DNA of 62,533 bases, filler included, from Platydemus manokwari (GCA_037951405.1; 6 parts of 6 records of this genome joined end to end with filler, not necessarily neighbours in it); one strand, 5' to 3'; positions 1 through 17,884 are shown, counted from the first letter of the whole stretch. Translations and numbers: made by a program. Notes: a model not told the origin generated them from the letters alone.

Positions 1-1848
1 AATAATAAATCACACAAAAAAATGTTCATCAAAAATGTTCAAGATACAAATATCAATATTCACAAAAATGTTCAAAAATGTTCAATCAATATTCAATATC
101 AGAAAAGTTCACATTATTGGATCACAAATGTTCAAATAAACAGTTCACAATATTGGATTGGGACTTGGATTCCTTGGATCGCAGATGGGAATTTCTACCG
201 ACATCAGGCATCTAAATCTAAGCTCCAGCTTTGGGTAGCCCAATTTTCCCCTGATTTCATTACTATTGCCGCGGGTTTAACTGTTGGTGTTCCGGGTCTT
301 TCGGGTCTCTGTTTTGGGGGTGTTTTGGTCTTTTGAACTCTAATGGTTTGTTTTTCTGCGGCTGTTTTTGGGACAGCTGTTGTTGCTGTCTCCATTCACT
401 ATATGTTTTTATCGAATATGGGATTTTTCGTCTTCGCTCTCTTCACTATCTGAATAGAGCACAAGACGTTCCATGTTATCCCAACATATAAGAGATCTTA
501 TCATTTGTGAGATATTTTGTAAAAATCATTTAAATTGCATTCTCATTGGAATACCTAATAATCAGCATCATATTAGTAGCATTGACTGTTTAGCACTGAC
601 TGTTTCATATCTTCAGGACATTACAGCGTCACATGAAATATTTATCACACCGCACATTTTATTGGATTAATATCAATCTTATTGTGATTATCAATTGGTG
701 AATAAATTTTAGTAATCTTCAGTCATTGTTACCTAGATATTAAATTAAATTTATACATGCAGCCTACGCTTCGGCACCGATAAGACTCGGATATTGGTTA
801 AACTGCACATCCTTATCTCAACCTCAGCAGCTAATAAACTATAATTATCAGCAAATTTCATCAAAATTTACGTCTGAGTCAACCTGTGTGATTAATTTGT
901 AATTCGATACTCAATAAAAATTTTAATATCAAAAACCTTGTATTTGTGCTGTGTTAATTAAATAATAACTACATCCATAAATTCTTAGTTGCGAATTCAC
1001 GCTGTTGAGCTTATTAACAGCCTTTGAACAACAAAATCTCAACACTTATCAGGCTACCATACAAAAAACAGAATTAAAATATTTAATTAATGAAATTGAA
1101 TTTTTGAAAAAAATTTCGTTTCCATCTCTGTTGCTTACAAATTTCAAACCCGTGAAAGTAATCTTGAACGGCAAAATCCTTAAACAAAAATTTTCAATTG
1201 AAAATCTATTTAAGTAGCCATTACTTCAATTTTAATTTTGAAATGGAAATTATTTTTCAAAGATCTAAATATGCTTTTTGATTTTAATCTTTCATAAACA
1301 AGTGTTGAGTGGATATTTCATAAAATAAATATTTTTTCAAAAATTATAGATATTTGAACAGTCTGTTCGATCAGCAAATAATGTCGCGGAACATTGCTGT
1401 CAGAAGAAATTCAAAAACAATAGTAAACACAAGCTAAATTATTGTAATGTATATTTTAAATTGTATTATTCTTATTTTGATAGATTTAAATAGTAATAGC
1501 GATCAATTATTGCTCAGTAATATTTAATATTTCAAATAATTTGTGACTACTACTAACATCAAATATATATTTTTAACCTATCAGAACTCAGATGTGATTG
1601 AAATATTATCTTTTTTAATACAGAAGTGTTTTATCCAAATGCCAGTCAAATCAATTCTACAATCAATAAACAAATAATTTTAGCTTTTCACAATTTCAAT
1701 TAAATTTAATCAAATAATTTTAAAAAATAAGGCTGTATATTTTCGACTATATTTCAGATAAAAATACCACAAATGAAAACAATTGATATTAAACAACAAT
1801 ATATAAACAAATAGATATCAATCAAATCGCACAAATGCAAAACAAGTA

Positions 1849-4800
1849 TCAAGGTTTTGTGACTGGAGATGTAACTATTGAAGCCATCACAGCAGGAGAA
1901 TTATAAATTATCCTAGGAGCTTGTTGTTTGATAACATTGTTTGAACTGACATCACAAGTTGTTAAGTCATTGTCGTTGTCTGCATTAAAATTTGCTTCTA
2001 ATGAAGTTTCCGTATTAACCGTTGTATTTACTGTCGATTCGTCAAAATGATTGAGCTCTGTCGTGGATGATGTTATTAGATTATTTTCAATTACTGATGG
2101 AGGATTTTCCTGGACTATTTGAAATTCCGGGATATTTACTTTCACTTCCTCTCCAACTGTAACTGGATTCTGATCGGGTTCATTGTTTTTTACAATTTGC
2201 TCTGATAACTGGTCCATTGCAGATGATGCCATTGCTGCAGCAGCATTTTGTGCCGAAGATTGCATTTGTGCTGCTTGTTGGAGGCTCTGTAAGGATGCCG
2301 CCCTAGCTTGTGCCTGAATTTGAGCTTGCAATTGAGCAGCTTGCAGAGTTGCAGCTTGATTAAGTTGAGCTGCTGCCAACATTTGATGTTGTTGTTGTTG
2401 TGCTGCCATTAACAGAGTGTGTTGAAAATTTAACTAAAAGTAATATTACATATTAATAATGGTTATTATAATTATTTGAAAAAATTAAAATCAACCCAGT
2501 TCATATGAAATATATTTTATGAATAAATTGATACCTAAATCTTTAAAAATCCTAGAGCCACAGACAAAATGATATCAAAAAAGAACATTTTTAGTTAACG
2601 AAATCAATAATATGTATGACATATACATGAATGATGCAGATAACCGTAAAAACAATAGATCAAATATTATATAGTGCTATAGTCAATAATCAAAATAATA
2701 TTATATATAAAGCACTGTATAATATATAATATTATTACTCGTGCAAATATAGCAAGCACAATTATACATATGTATATATATACATTTGCTATTATACTAA
2801 GGGAAAATCATCTGGAGTTAAAGAAAGTTTTATTAAAAAATCATTTAATTATATTCAAACTTAAAAGAACAAACACCAATCATAAACCACCGATTATAAA
2901 ACATTACTAATCAAATGTTTTCACTTACATTATAACGACCTGTTAAAATTAATAAAATTAGCAAAGAAAAAGAATCTAGCATAAGACAGGATATTATTCC
3001 ATGCTAATTAGTTGTTAAAAAAACCAACAACTTAGGACCGAAAACAAAACACGAGACAAACAATTAGTGCACACTGTCTCTATACATTTATTTAAGTACA
3101 AAGTGAGTTCAAGTTTTATATATACTTGAACAAAAAAGAATTTGACTCATTAGCAATTAGAAATAAATATAAAATTCTTACTCTTAAATTAAGCAATAAA
3201 TAACAATGAAGGAAAATATATCAGGATTTCTTTTATATTTCTAAAACAATGAAATAATAAATTATAATTTTAATCATATTCAATCACGTGCAAAATTAAT
3301 TTCGTTTTAGTTTAGCATTCTTATTATGACAATTAAGAAACAAAATCAATATCATAAAAGCAATGTGATTAAAGAAAACATTAACTATAAATGCTAATAA
3401 CTTTACCAAGATAATCCGAAAGGAACAACTAACAAAGTATGAAAATGTAAGCCATAAAATATTTGCATGCATAAAATAAGCACAACATATAATAATAAAA
3501 CTTTATAAAGGAAATATATTTGCAAAATTGATTATTATAATTATTTTAATTAATTTAAGTTACTTAAAAACTGGCAAGCTATTATAATACATGAATTTGT
3601 TACTTATGTGAAAGTTAAATTACTGTATTCAATAATAGGGATGCACGAACAAAAAATTAATACAGAAAGTTAGCAAATAAATAAAACAACATAAACAAAC
3701 AGATCAAAATAATAAATCCAATTTATATCTTATACTACATTTGATGTATATAAACTGAATTATAAGCATATAAAATTTAAATGAACCATTAATAAATAAT
3801 TAGATATTTTTTTCTCTGATTTATGTACAATAAATTCAATTTATCTTAATAACTGTCATCTTTGAAGATGCTTTAAGATATTTTTTATATTCATATACTT
3901 AGCGTTTTTTAATAAGTTTACGTCACAAATTCAGAATACAGTGTTTGATTCGCACTAATAGGTATCCCGTGTTCAATTGATATTTCAATGGAATTAACAC
4001 CGATCGCAGAAGACATTTACAAAATGACATTTTTTAATGTAGAATATATTAAACTGAAAACAGGAATGAATATTATAACAACCAATTAACTAATATTAAG
4101 AAAAACATTTTTCCTTATAGTTAAAATATTTGAAAAAATAAAAACGCTGATGACTATTAAAACTCTGGTATTTTCGAGGACAAATTCACAATAGAACATT
4201 TCATTTCAATTAAATAAAAATGACAAAAAAATTTTGGTATTGTTTCTAAACTATTTAATTCGTTAACTAATGATGGGCTTTTCCATTTTCATATTAATAT
4301 TATTTCAAGTTTTATCAAAACAATTCATTTTATGCTATTGATAAAATCTGGTATTTATTTTATTGTCATAGTTGTATTATATATATTTCGAATTATTTAT
4401 TAACCCAATTTCTCTTGGTATCCGATGATAGTTTAACATCTAAAAATAGAATATTTATTTACAATTTTAATGAAATTTATTAGTTCACAAAAATTCCCAA
4501 TGGAAATGGTTTAACATAACATAACTAAGAACAAGAATGACACAAATAGAAGATCTTAAAGAGACAATTATTAAAAATAAATTAAAATTCACATCCTATA
4601 ACTTATTCAAATACTGATTATAACTAGAAATTTAATTTAGAAGAATTTTCATTGTTTATTTATTATTAGATACTCAATTTTAATAATATTAAACACTTTT
4701 TTACAATTTTGAATTTTTTATTGTAAAATTATGATTCGTAACAACGATAAAAATTATTAAGTATTAGTCTACATATCTTATTACAAATTATTAATATCAC

Positions 4801-7800
4801 TTGTATTCAAGAGTAATAGTAATATTTATTTTATGATTAAATAGAATTATACCCTAAAGCCTAAGTCTTTATAAAGATAAAGGTTTATGATTTTAAAATC
4901 ATTTTATTTATTAGAAAATCAAATACAACAATTAAAATATAAGTCAGATATAGTAATTCAATTAAAATTTTAAAATTACAAAAAATCTTTGATTATATTT
5001 TGACATCTTAAGTTTTTATCTGTTGAAATAGTTGTGCATTTAAGCTAATTGTAAAAAAAACCTACTTATAATTTATAAATGGTTCATAAAATATCATTGG
5101 TTATAAGCAGTTATTTAGCATTATTTACAATAAGTATGCATGCTTCAAAACATTATTTATTCGTACATCCCTATATTATAACTGTGGCCTTAAAATCTTG
5201 GGATAAGTGGTAATCGAAATTTACGTTATGTTTTCATTTTCACGACTCGTAGGTGACAAAGTATCTAAATTATTAACAAAATAATTAAATAAGTTTTTTA
5301 ATCTAACGCTGCTGATGATGTTCATTAATCACAAGCAAGCATAATTAAAATTAGCACTAATCAATTTTAGTGATGAACTATTTATGATACTTAAATGAAT
5401 ATAGTTATGTGCTCAAACATTTTTGCATTCAACATGGATCATAACATAAATATAGCAGTTGATAAACAAACACTAGAGCAAGCTGCCAAGTAGACATCAT
5501 CATTAATTTGCGAATCAAGTGAATTTAAAAAGAAAATGTATAATTACAATTACAATAAATTAATAACATTTTATATTTAATATAGTAATAATACAATTAT
5601 AATAAAAATAAACTTTACCATATCTACTACCGCATAATGAATACATTGGTAGAAAAAAATACATTTAATATAATGATAAAATTATGATTTATGATTTCAT
5701 TAAATTTTACACGAAGCAACTTAAATATCACTCTATAACTTCTGAATTAAGAATTACAAACCTGATAGCTTTTATGAGTCGAGGCTGAAATAGTGTCAAT
5801 AATTGATGTAAGATTTGATAGATAATTAATAAAAATCAGAAATGAAAAACAATAAATTAAATAATTTAATATTAAAAAGATTTTAAAATTAGGAAATAAA
5901 AATGAAGAAATTATGAAAATATTACAACATACCGGAGATGTTAATAATTGAGTTTGTGCACCAAACCCTAAAGATTGTAATAAAGCCTGCTGATTGGATG
6001 CTTGTAAAAGAAGTGGATTGATACCCCCTAATATTGATTGATTTGGTATTGCAATTGCTTGACCCAATTGAGCGTTCAAAGCTTGTTGTTGTAAATGTTG
6101 AAAAACTAATTGATTAATCCCGTATGGCACTCCACTCTAAATAAATACATTATATATAATTAATATGAAAACGTAAAACATAATAATTTATTTAATATAC
6201 TAATTCGATTTTCTTTATTAACCAAACCGATTAAATTTCAAAATAAATTGATGGTGGACTAAAAGAATCACGGCCATACTAGTTTAACTAGTTTCCATTT
6301 GGACAATAGAACAAAACATGGAGTACATTTACAAAATCTTTCGGCACAATTACATGCTTAACACTTCCTTCAAAAAAATATTTTCAATTGCTTGTCTTAA
6401 GTTCAAAAAAATTGATTCATTCATTTTTCAAAGAACATTTACGAGTATTATTAACATGTAATTTTAAGAATAAGATGATTGGTAAAGGGTCCCGCGACGA
6501 AATTGATGTTTGTAAAGTGTTCCATACTCGTAAAAGGATTGAAAACCCTGTCAATACATAGCCTGCATAAAGATCCCAGAAATTATTCATTTTTAAAAAT
6601 AAATTCCTATTAATAAAATATTTAGTAACATTAGGATAAAATTCACACATTGGTCCTTTATATTTATATTTACCAACAATAAAACTTCAATGTAATAAAA
6701 TTTTAACATATGATGAGAAATTATAAACATTCTAATAAATATGATTATAAATAAAAATTATTATTATAAATATTACAAATTACTCGATGAGAACTAGATT
6801 AATTGTTTAATTATAAAATGTAATTATTAAGTAATGTTTAAAAATTACAAACAACGCTACTTGTTGTAATAGAGATATGGGAACCAATCCTGAAGGAGTA
6901 TTGGCCACAAGAGTACTACAAGACGCTGGTATTGTATGTTGTAAAGCAGTCTGATAACTGGCAGTAGGAGTGGCTACCACTGCAGGAGTATTATAAGTTG
7001 CAGTTAAATTGGATGAAGACATAATTCTCTGGACAGCAGCTTGAGCTAAACTACCTGCTACTGAAGCTGGCAATTGTTCACTGGCAACTGCAGCTAGTGC
7101 AGTTGCTGTCAAATTATTGGTCAATGATGATGGAGACATATATAGAGGATGAAAGTATTGTGCAGTCTGTGCTCCAAAATCAGAATTAGAATTTCCTTGA
7201 AGATTATTGATTCGATGTTGATAGGCCCGAGTTTGTAGAGCTAATTTTTGATTATTTATTGTTTGTTATTTAAAACTGAAAATGACAATATTAAATATAC
7301 CTAAATGATTGGCATCTAATGCTTGAGATAGATATGATTCATTAAGTGAATTTTCCGTTGATGGTTTCTTAGTGGTATTTTCTTTCTCTTTCTTATTGGC
7401 CTTAACATCCAAACCGAGTTTCTTAGCCATATCGCTTGATACCTAAAACGTTGTCATTAAATACCAAATGTATAAAATGGTTATTATTTCACTTGTGGTC
7501 CAATATAATTGTAGTCAACTAAGTGATTATCTGATGTTGGTATTCCTCCTTCAGTTGTTTCTCCACTTTTGCAATCTGAATTAATTTTATTTCCAGGCAC
7601 CTTCTTAGCTTTTTTAGCAACTGGACCACCAAAATCCATTGATGGACACCACTCTCCTGGACCTGGTTTGACAGGATTATTTTTCGGTTTTTCGGGAGGT
7701 AAGGGAATATTTAAATTGGATAAATCTAATATAGTAATGAAACTATAAATATATATATTTTAACTTACTTTGATTATTATGAGCTTCTGCAACCTTTTTT

Positions 7801-9395
7801 TGGGATTCTTTAATAGCATCTATTTTCTTACTAATATCTACAGGCTTTGGCGCTCCTCCAAGAAGTAACGAGCTACGGTTAAGTATTTGCTTGATTTTCC
7901 TATTTTGTGGATTCAAAAAGTCATCAGGAGATGAACTTCTCTTTCGTCTACGATATGAACTTCTATAATAAGATGTTCTAGATCGAGATCTTGATGACCG
8001 TGACCTAGATCTTGAACGATATCGGTTCGAATAACTCGACTTGTACCTTGAACGAGATCTACTATATGATCGACTGGATCTACTATCAGAACTTGATCTA
8101 GAAATCGATCGACTCCTATAACGCGAATGCGAACGACTATATGATGACGAGTGTCTACGATGACGTCTTGACTTTCTTCTAGATCGGGATCTTGAACGAG
8201 AATATGATCTTGATCGACTGTCAGATGTTTCAGAGTACGATCTCGAATGTGACCTACTATACGATCTGCTTCGTGAATCACTAGATTCATTATGAGATTT
8301 ACTAGACCTACTATGGGACCTACTACGAGAATGGCTATTTGACCTACTACGACTTTCACTGTGCGACTTTGAACAAGATTTGGAATCAGATTTCTCTTTA
8401 CTAGTGCTGGATTTCGTTCGCTTACTATGCTTTGATGCCAAAGATGCGCTTCGAGACTTCACTTTAACATTTTCTTCTTTAATTTCATTTTCTAGTTCAC
8501 TATCTGTTGAATCCCAAGCCGATTTTCCCGGGCTCTTTGTTGGTTTAATTTTTATTTCTATTTTATTTTCAGGCTTTTCTTCATTTTCTATTTTAATTTT
8601 CAATTCTGGTGAATTCTTCAAATTGACAAGTGGTATCGACTCCGTACGACCTTCTTCTTCGTCACTACTATACGATACTAATAGAGACATTGGAGGTTTA
8701 ATTACTTTTTTATCTATTGACAAATTATCCTTTTCATTACTTACTACATTAACCTCTTTTTTAATTATATTCTCTACAGGGCTCATTTCTTTGTGCTTCT
8801 TTTTCTTAGATTTTCTAGATTTTTTGGACTTACTATCTTTAATACAATCATCAGAGTCATTTACTATCTTAGATTTATTATGTTTCTTTTTCTTTTTATG
8901 TTTTAATAACTGATCTGGATTTTCACTTGTGGTTTTAATATCATTTAGAAGGGGATTACAACTATAAAGTAAGCTTGGTTTACATTTGGTAGATTTAATA
9001 AGATCTGTTGATAAATTATATTTTTCTTTGTTTATTTTTAATATTTCAATGGTTTTATCTTCCGATATGTGTGAAATAGATTTCTTAATCAGATATTTAG
9101 ACGTGGAATCTTCTTTGTTTTTCGATTTATTTGCATCTATTAATTTACACAATCGAATCTTAGATCAATACTAATAATTTATTTTATTACCTTTAATTTC
9201 TGCTTTAAATTCTTCTTTTTCCGAAATTTCTTTAATTTTTTTCATTTGATTTCTAACACTTTTAGGACAAAGCATTCCATTTTTATCACTGGCAGATTTC
9301 GTAACTGAATTGTTTCTGAACCGAAAACAATACTATATAACAATCTAATCACACTTAAATTGCTCTAACCTACCTCTCTCAGACGATTCTTTATC
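1849..9395 (-). CDS. RS (Ser/Arg)-domain nuclear protein with Lys-rich region and Gln/Ala-rich C-terminus; 5'-partial, multi-exon
   Basis: Exons joined by hand with GT-AG sites and matching phase: ~9395-9370 (tentative), 9315-9191, 9136-7769, 7725-7493, 7442-7301, 7240-6861, 6136-5933, 2433-1849 (stop). The large exon has about 120 aa of SR/RS repeats (SRSRSYSRSRSRSRRK) and KHKKKKKH tracts. The last exons are Q/A-rich. The start lies in or beyond the gap at 9405, so the family cannot be assigned. Confidence 0.8.
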
Positions 9396-9404
9396 CTGAA
9401 AAAA

Positions 9405-9504
9405 NNNNNNNNNNNNNNNNNNNNNNNNNNNNNNNNNNNNNNNNNNNNTTAATTAATTAANNNNNNNNNNNNNNNNNNNNNNNNNNNNNNNNNNNNNNNN
9501 NNNN
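9405..9504. other. Assembly spacer N44-TTAATTAATTAA-N44
   Basis: Artificial 100-nt linker carrying stop codons in all six frames; identical linker occurs five times in the window. Confidence 0.97.
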
Positions 9505-11049
9505 GCAAAATCAGGATAGTCATAGTCATTTGTCATTTTACTCATCGATGTCTACCTTCCATTGTAGACTCTGATAGGAGGAGGTTGATTGAGGTGATTT
9601 GATCTTCTGATATAGGGAAGATATGGAAGATGATCCAGTTGATCCAGTTGTTGATCCCTTGTTCACTCTGCAACAGTACGTAAAATCATACACGTTGCAA
9701 ATATTTCAAGGATTGGATTTTAGTGAAATTAAGGATTCTAAGAGTTTAGTCGATGAATTAAAAAGAAAATTAATAATGGAAAATGATGTACATGGATTTT
9801 ACGTAAAGCAATTTAATGAGAGATATCATATGTCTGGAAAGATATAGGGGAATATTCAATGACATTAAAAGAATAAGTAATCAAGGCTTATAGCAAATAT
9901 GTATCTGTTGAGAGGCGTGAGTAATGGATCAATTTAAAAGGGAAATGATACCCATTTTAAGAAGTCCAAAAGTCACATCAATTCCAACCCAATTAAATTC
10001 TTAAAAATGTTACTGAGTACGAAAGATTATTATGGGACCAATAATGAATTGGACCTTGAAACCCTTGTTTCTATATTTTACAAATACACTTAAACCATCA
10101 TATAAACCCGATAACTAACAAATAAGAACACGTATAGAATGAATATTTCAACTCAGAAAATAGATGGATACTTAAAGACACATACAAAGAACTAACCAAT
10201 TCCAGTCGTTATAAATCGTTTATCAAAATTCGAATCCTGAAAATCAGAACATCAAATGGAAATTATGGTCTATGGTAGTCGAAATCAGTGAAACTATTAT
10301 AGTAAAATGTATTTTTTTTATTGGTTTATTTAGTGCAAAGTAGCGCATTTAGGGTTATTAAAAATTTTTTTTGCGAATCTTGGTTTGATATTTCAGTGAT
10401 ATTATTGAGTCCTAATATATTAGAAATTTAACCAAAAACACATTGAATAATATTGAAATTACACGTTAAGCTTATTTTTGCCAACTTATAATTAAATTAA
10501 ACTTTTCTCCTAAGACCAAGTACTCAAAACTAAATTATATATTGAAATATTTTATATTTACTAAAAATTCATTAACGCAGTTTCAATTTCAGGTGATAGC
10601 TGGAGTCGAGGAGTCTCTTAACAAATTTTTTGTTATTTGCTTCGATGATTATTATTAGTTATTTAAAATGTTAATTTTTAGCTTTGAATTTCAAAATGTC
10701 TTACTTTTAATTATTTGATTCAAAAATTATTTCATTTGCCAAACCTTAACATTAGTATGCTCAATTAAATTTCAACCAATTGATCTTTATTTATATTTTG
10801 TGATAATGTTGTTAATGGAAATGTAATTTAATATAATACTAACTATTTGTTATAATTTTAAAGAATTTATTTACTAAAATTGTGCATGTTTATGATTCAA
10901 ATTTGTTTGTTTGAATTCATAGATTTATATATATATAATCATGTTATTCTCTAATAAATTTAAAAATATTATTTACTTTAATATTGATTTGGTGGTATAT
11001 TTTAGATTAAACATTAGTAAGATTTATTTTGTTAATCGAGTAATAAGTC

Positions 11050-11892
11050 ATGACAACTAAAATATCAAAAATTGCTAATTTAGCACTTCAAGTGTTTAAC
11101 CAACATTCTGGTAGGGCTTCTTCTGTTTCAGGTGGGTTATCACTATCAAGTTTACCAAAAGATAAATTAAACCAATTGATCAATTTATTGAATAAAATTG
11201 ATGGTCGTGACGTCGGGTTCGACGCTACGTGGATTAATGCTACAACTAAAGCTGACGGCTCAAATGTGTGCGCACCTGTTTTATACGTTCACATAACGGA
11301 AAATGAGATATTTAGTTTAGGGATATTTGTATTGCGACCAGGTTCAAGAATACCTTTGCACGATCATCCTAATATGTTTGGATTAGTTAAAGTTATATAT
11401 GGTAATGTACGGTGTCGTAGCTTTACACGAGTATTTGGCAATAAACCTATGTCGTCTTTCACGCCACTACTGCCTCGATTATCAAAATGGCAAATCAATG
11501 ATCTTATTGCTACTACACCTCACCAGGACACAGTAATTGAAGCGAAAAGTGAAGCTATGCTTCTTAGTCCGAGTGAAGGTAATTTTCACGAACTATTTAC
11601 TGTTGGTAATGAAGGTGCAGCCTTTGTCGATATCCTTGCTCCACCATATGATCATTTTCTTGGTCAACGCGAATGTCATTTTTATCAAGAAATCAGTATT
11701 CCTCGTCCAATTTCACCACAGAATGGTTACCAAAGTGCTAATGAATCCACAGAAAATAACAATTTAAACAACTCAAACTACGGACCCAAAGGTGACGAAC
11801 GTAATCAACAATATGTATATCTTATAGAGACTCATCAACCGAAAGATTATTGGTGTGATTCAGCGGAATATCGTGGCCCAAGAGTTTTATAA
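11050..11892 (+). CDS. ADO: 2-aminoethanethiol (cysteamine) dioxygenase, PCO/ADO cupin family, single exon
   Basis: 280-aa ORF with ADO/PCO motifs: FSLGIFVLRPGSRIPLHDHPNMFGLVKVIYG (HxH iron ligands), LSPSEGNFHEL (third His), AFVDILAPPYD, RECHFY and C-terminal YRGP. Confidence 0.95.
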   Translation: MTTKISKIANLALQVFNQHSGRASSVSGGLSLSSLPKDKLNQLINLLNKIDGRDVGFDATWINATTKADGSNVCAPVLYVHITENEIFSLGIFVLRPGSRIPLHDHPNMFGLVKVIYGNVRCRSFTRVFGNKPMSSFTPLLPRLSKWQINDLIATTPHQDTVIEAKSEAMLLSPSEGNFHELFTVGNEGAAFVDILAPPYDHFLGQRECHFYQEISIPRPISPQNGYQSANESTENNNLNNSNYGPKGDERNQQYVYLIETHQPKDYWCDSAEYRGPRVL

Positions 11893-12081
11893 AGAATATA
11901 AATTTATCAAAATTTTTATGCGCTCAAATAGTCAAATTTTAACGCAGTTTTTATTGTAAATATATTCCTGGGAGTTTTTCAAGTTTTGTTAATTTCTTAG
12001 GCTGTAAAAAGATTTGTGACATTGTAATATTTTCATTATTGAATAAATGTTTACACGTTTTCAATTTGGTATTTATTAAAT

Positions 12082-15416
<3,335 letters not shown>

Positions 15417-15749
15417 CTATAAAATACGAGGGAAATTAGTTTTATTTATCACGTTTTTTTTCAAAACCTATATCGAAGCATGCCAACATCACTTGACAGT
15501 GACTACTCGCCATCGTGAATAAGTGTTTACATAAAACAGTATGTCCTTACGAGACTAATTCTTCATTCCACAAAGTAGTGAGCGTGTATCGATGTATTTA
15601 TTAATGTAACAGTCAATGTTCAAGAATACTTCAACGATGTATATAGTCGTCAGTCACTCCCATGATAAATGTATAAAATTCAACATTGTTATCAATGTTA
15701 TCTCCGTGTATTGCGCTATTGAAAACAACTTCAAAAATTGTAGTCATTA

Positions 15750-17750
15750 AGTTAACATTATCTTATATTCTTATGTTATTTATGAATTATTTTATTTTTA
15801 ACAGTTCGTTATAAAGAGATTCGAATGAAAATGATTAGATTTGTTAATCAATAATTTGGAGAATTTACTGACAGGGTATTGTTGCTAGATAGAAAATGAA
15901 CTGTGAGAAATATTTTAAAATAGTACGATTTGGTTAATAAAAAAAATAATTGTAACAGTGATACTAATTTAATGAAACACCAATCGATTATCTTAGATTA
16001 ATTTATTTGGTCAGATTAATTGGTTTTTGTCATCACAGTTGAAGAAGAGCTGTCCAATCTGCCTTTAGTTGTTACTTATAAACTGTATTCAGTTATTTGT
16101 AAATCACGAATTATCTTTTATACATCAATCCAACCAACCAAGTTTAACTAATATTTGCTAAATCGATATTAAAATTTCCAAATATAAAATATACCAATAA
16201 CTGCACGACTAATACTATTATAAATTTATGTTGATATCGATTTACAACCAAATGCGAAATATTTTGATAAGAATAATATAAAGGTTTAATTTTGAAAAAC
16301 ATCGCGATATCCAGATTATTATTATTATACATCGATAGAAAACCAAAGATTTTTCAATGCAGCCACAGAATTAATTCGATCATTACAATTGTCCTAAGTT
16401 ATTTTATTTTCAAAAAATCGTCTAACTACTAAAAAAATCGATATTTTGTAAAGATATACTTTAAAGAAATTAGGCTAAGATCTGAACAGTAAATTGAGCT
16501 ATTTCATTAAGGAAAATAACTCACCAACAATCGTTGGGGGAAATCATTTCAATACTAAAATCAAAAATATCGATTATCGAGTGAAAAATCGATTATCAAT
16601 ATTCAATAAAAACATGTTTAGTATATATTTCACATTACCAAAAGTAAAAACATTTGAAAAATCTACCGAAATTTGAACCACAAATAAACAATAAGACAAT
16701 GTGACAATATCAAGATAAAAATTGTGATCTTGATTATAAAAGTGGTATAAGTCATATATTTCTTGTTTGGAGATATTAAAGGATTTGCACGTTAACGAAT
16801 TAAAAAATATTTGTGTATTATGGAATGAAATATTTGGACAATTAATTAGCGCCGGTAAATCAGCATTTAATATGATTGTGAAATTTATTACCATTTCTAA
16901 ATGGAAATTTGGTTTTGAAAGGTTGAAATGACTTATACCACTTTCATAATCAAGGTCTCATATAATAAATAGATAGTGTTTTTTGGTTAGCAATTATATT
17001 TCTATTAAGACAGTAACTGGTATCACTATTACAGTTATATATTCTCAAGTTCACTGAGTGATCTTAATGATTCTCTTTTATGCATTTCTTATGTTTTACT
17101 GATCTGAATTAATGTGTTTCTTTGTTTGCATTTGCTTTGTTAATTTGATTGTAAATACGCAAAAACTGTCATTTAAATGATAAAGACGTTGCTAATCAGA
17201 TGTGTTTGTCTTTGGTCTGGTTTAATTTTTTTTGATTTGACCATACTTGTCTTTCGTTGGTGAAAACGCTTTTTTATTTGAAGGGTTTTTTGTGTTTGTT
17301 TTGTCTTCATGCTTTGACACAATTTTTTAAAAAATTTTTTATTGGTGCATTATTTCTTTCAATGGATTTGTTTACTTTGTTGAATTTATTTATTTTAAAA
17401 ATTTTCTGAATTATTTTTAATTTCTTAAGAATTAAATTTTTGAAATCCGCTTGAATCCGACATCAAGGTAAATACCGTCGATGATATTCAGTTGAAACAG
17501 TGTAGTGAAAAGAAATCGTAGAATCATAATGTGTAGGATATATCAGAACAAAAACTGTGATGAGATATATTTCTTGATTCACAAAATGCTAATCAGTACT
17601 AATATATATATATTAACCATCTAAAACCGGATCACAAATGAAAAAATGCATATTTTCAGCATAATTTTTAATTAGAAGTTTGTTTGGGTTTCGTGTGTTG
17701 AACTTTAAATCGATGATCTGTTTTTCAAGATTCTAATTGGATTCATTGAT
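15750..17750 (-). mobile_element. Highly decayed non-LTR (CR1/Jockey-like) retroelement remnant
   Basis: Minus strand reads YFIFGNFNIDL near 16160-16190, resembling the GDFNID motif of APE endonucleases. Broken ORFs and an A-rich sense strand; boundaries approximate. Confidence 0.35.
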
Positions 17751-17884
17751 TTATCATAACCGGGATTGGTTAATCCATGGGTATGTGTAATTATGGAGTC
17801 ATGCATTTTTCCAAATTGAAATCTTCGTCCCATGTTGATTGTGAGGTTTAATTAAAATAATTAAAAATAACTTTTAAATAACGA

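Noticed and set aside
7913-8913. ORFs 7913-8359 (-) and 8380-8913 (+) as overlapping genes
   Set aside because: Alternate-frame and antisense shadows of the repetitive RS/Lys-rich exon.
9449-9460. Recurrent TTAATTAATTAA palindrome as a biological motif
   Set aside because: Always centred in N44...N44; it is an artificial six-frame-stop contig linker.
9623-9847. 74-aa plus-strand ORF as a gene
   Set aside because: No motif, followed by stops, next to a contig break; cannot be assigned.
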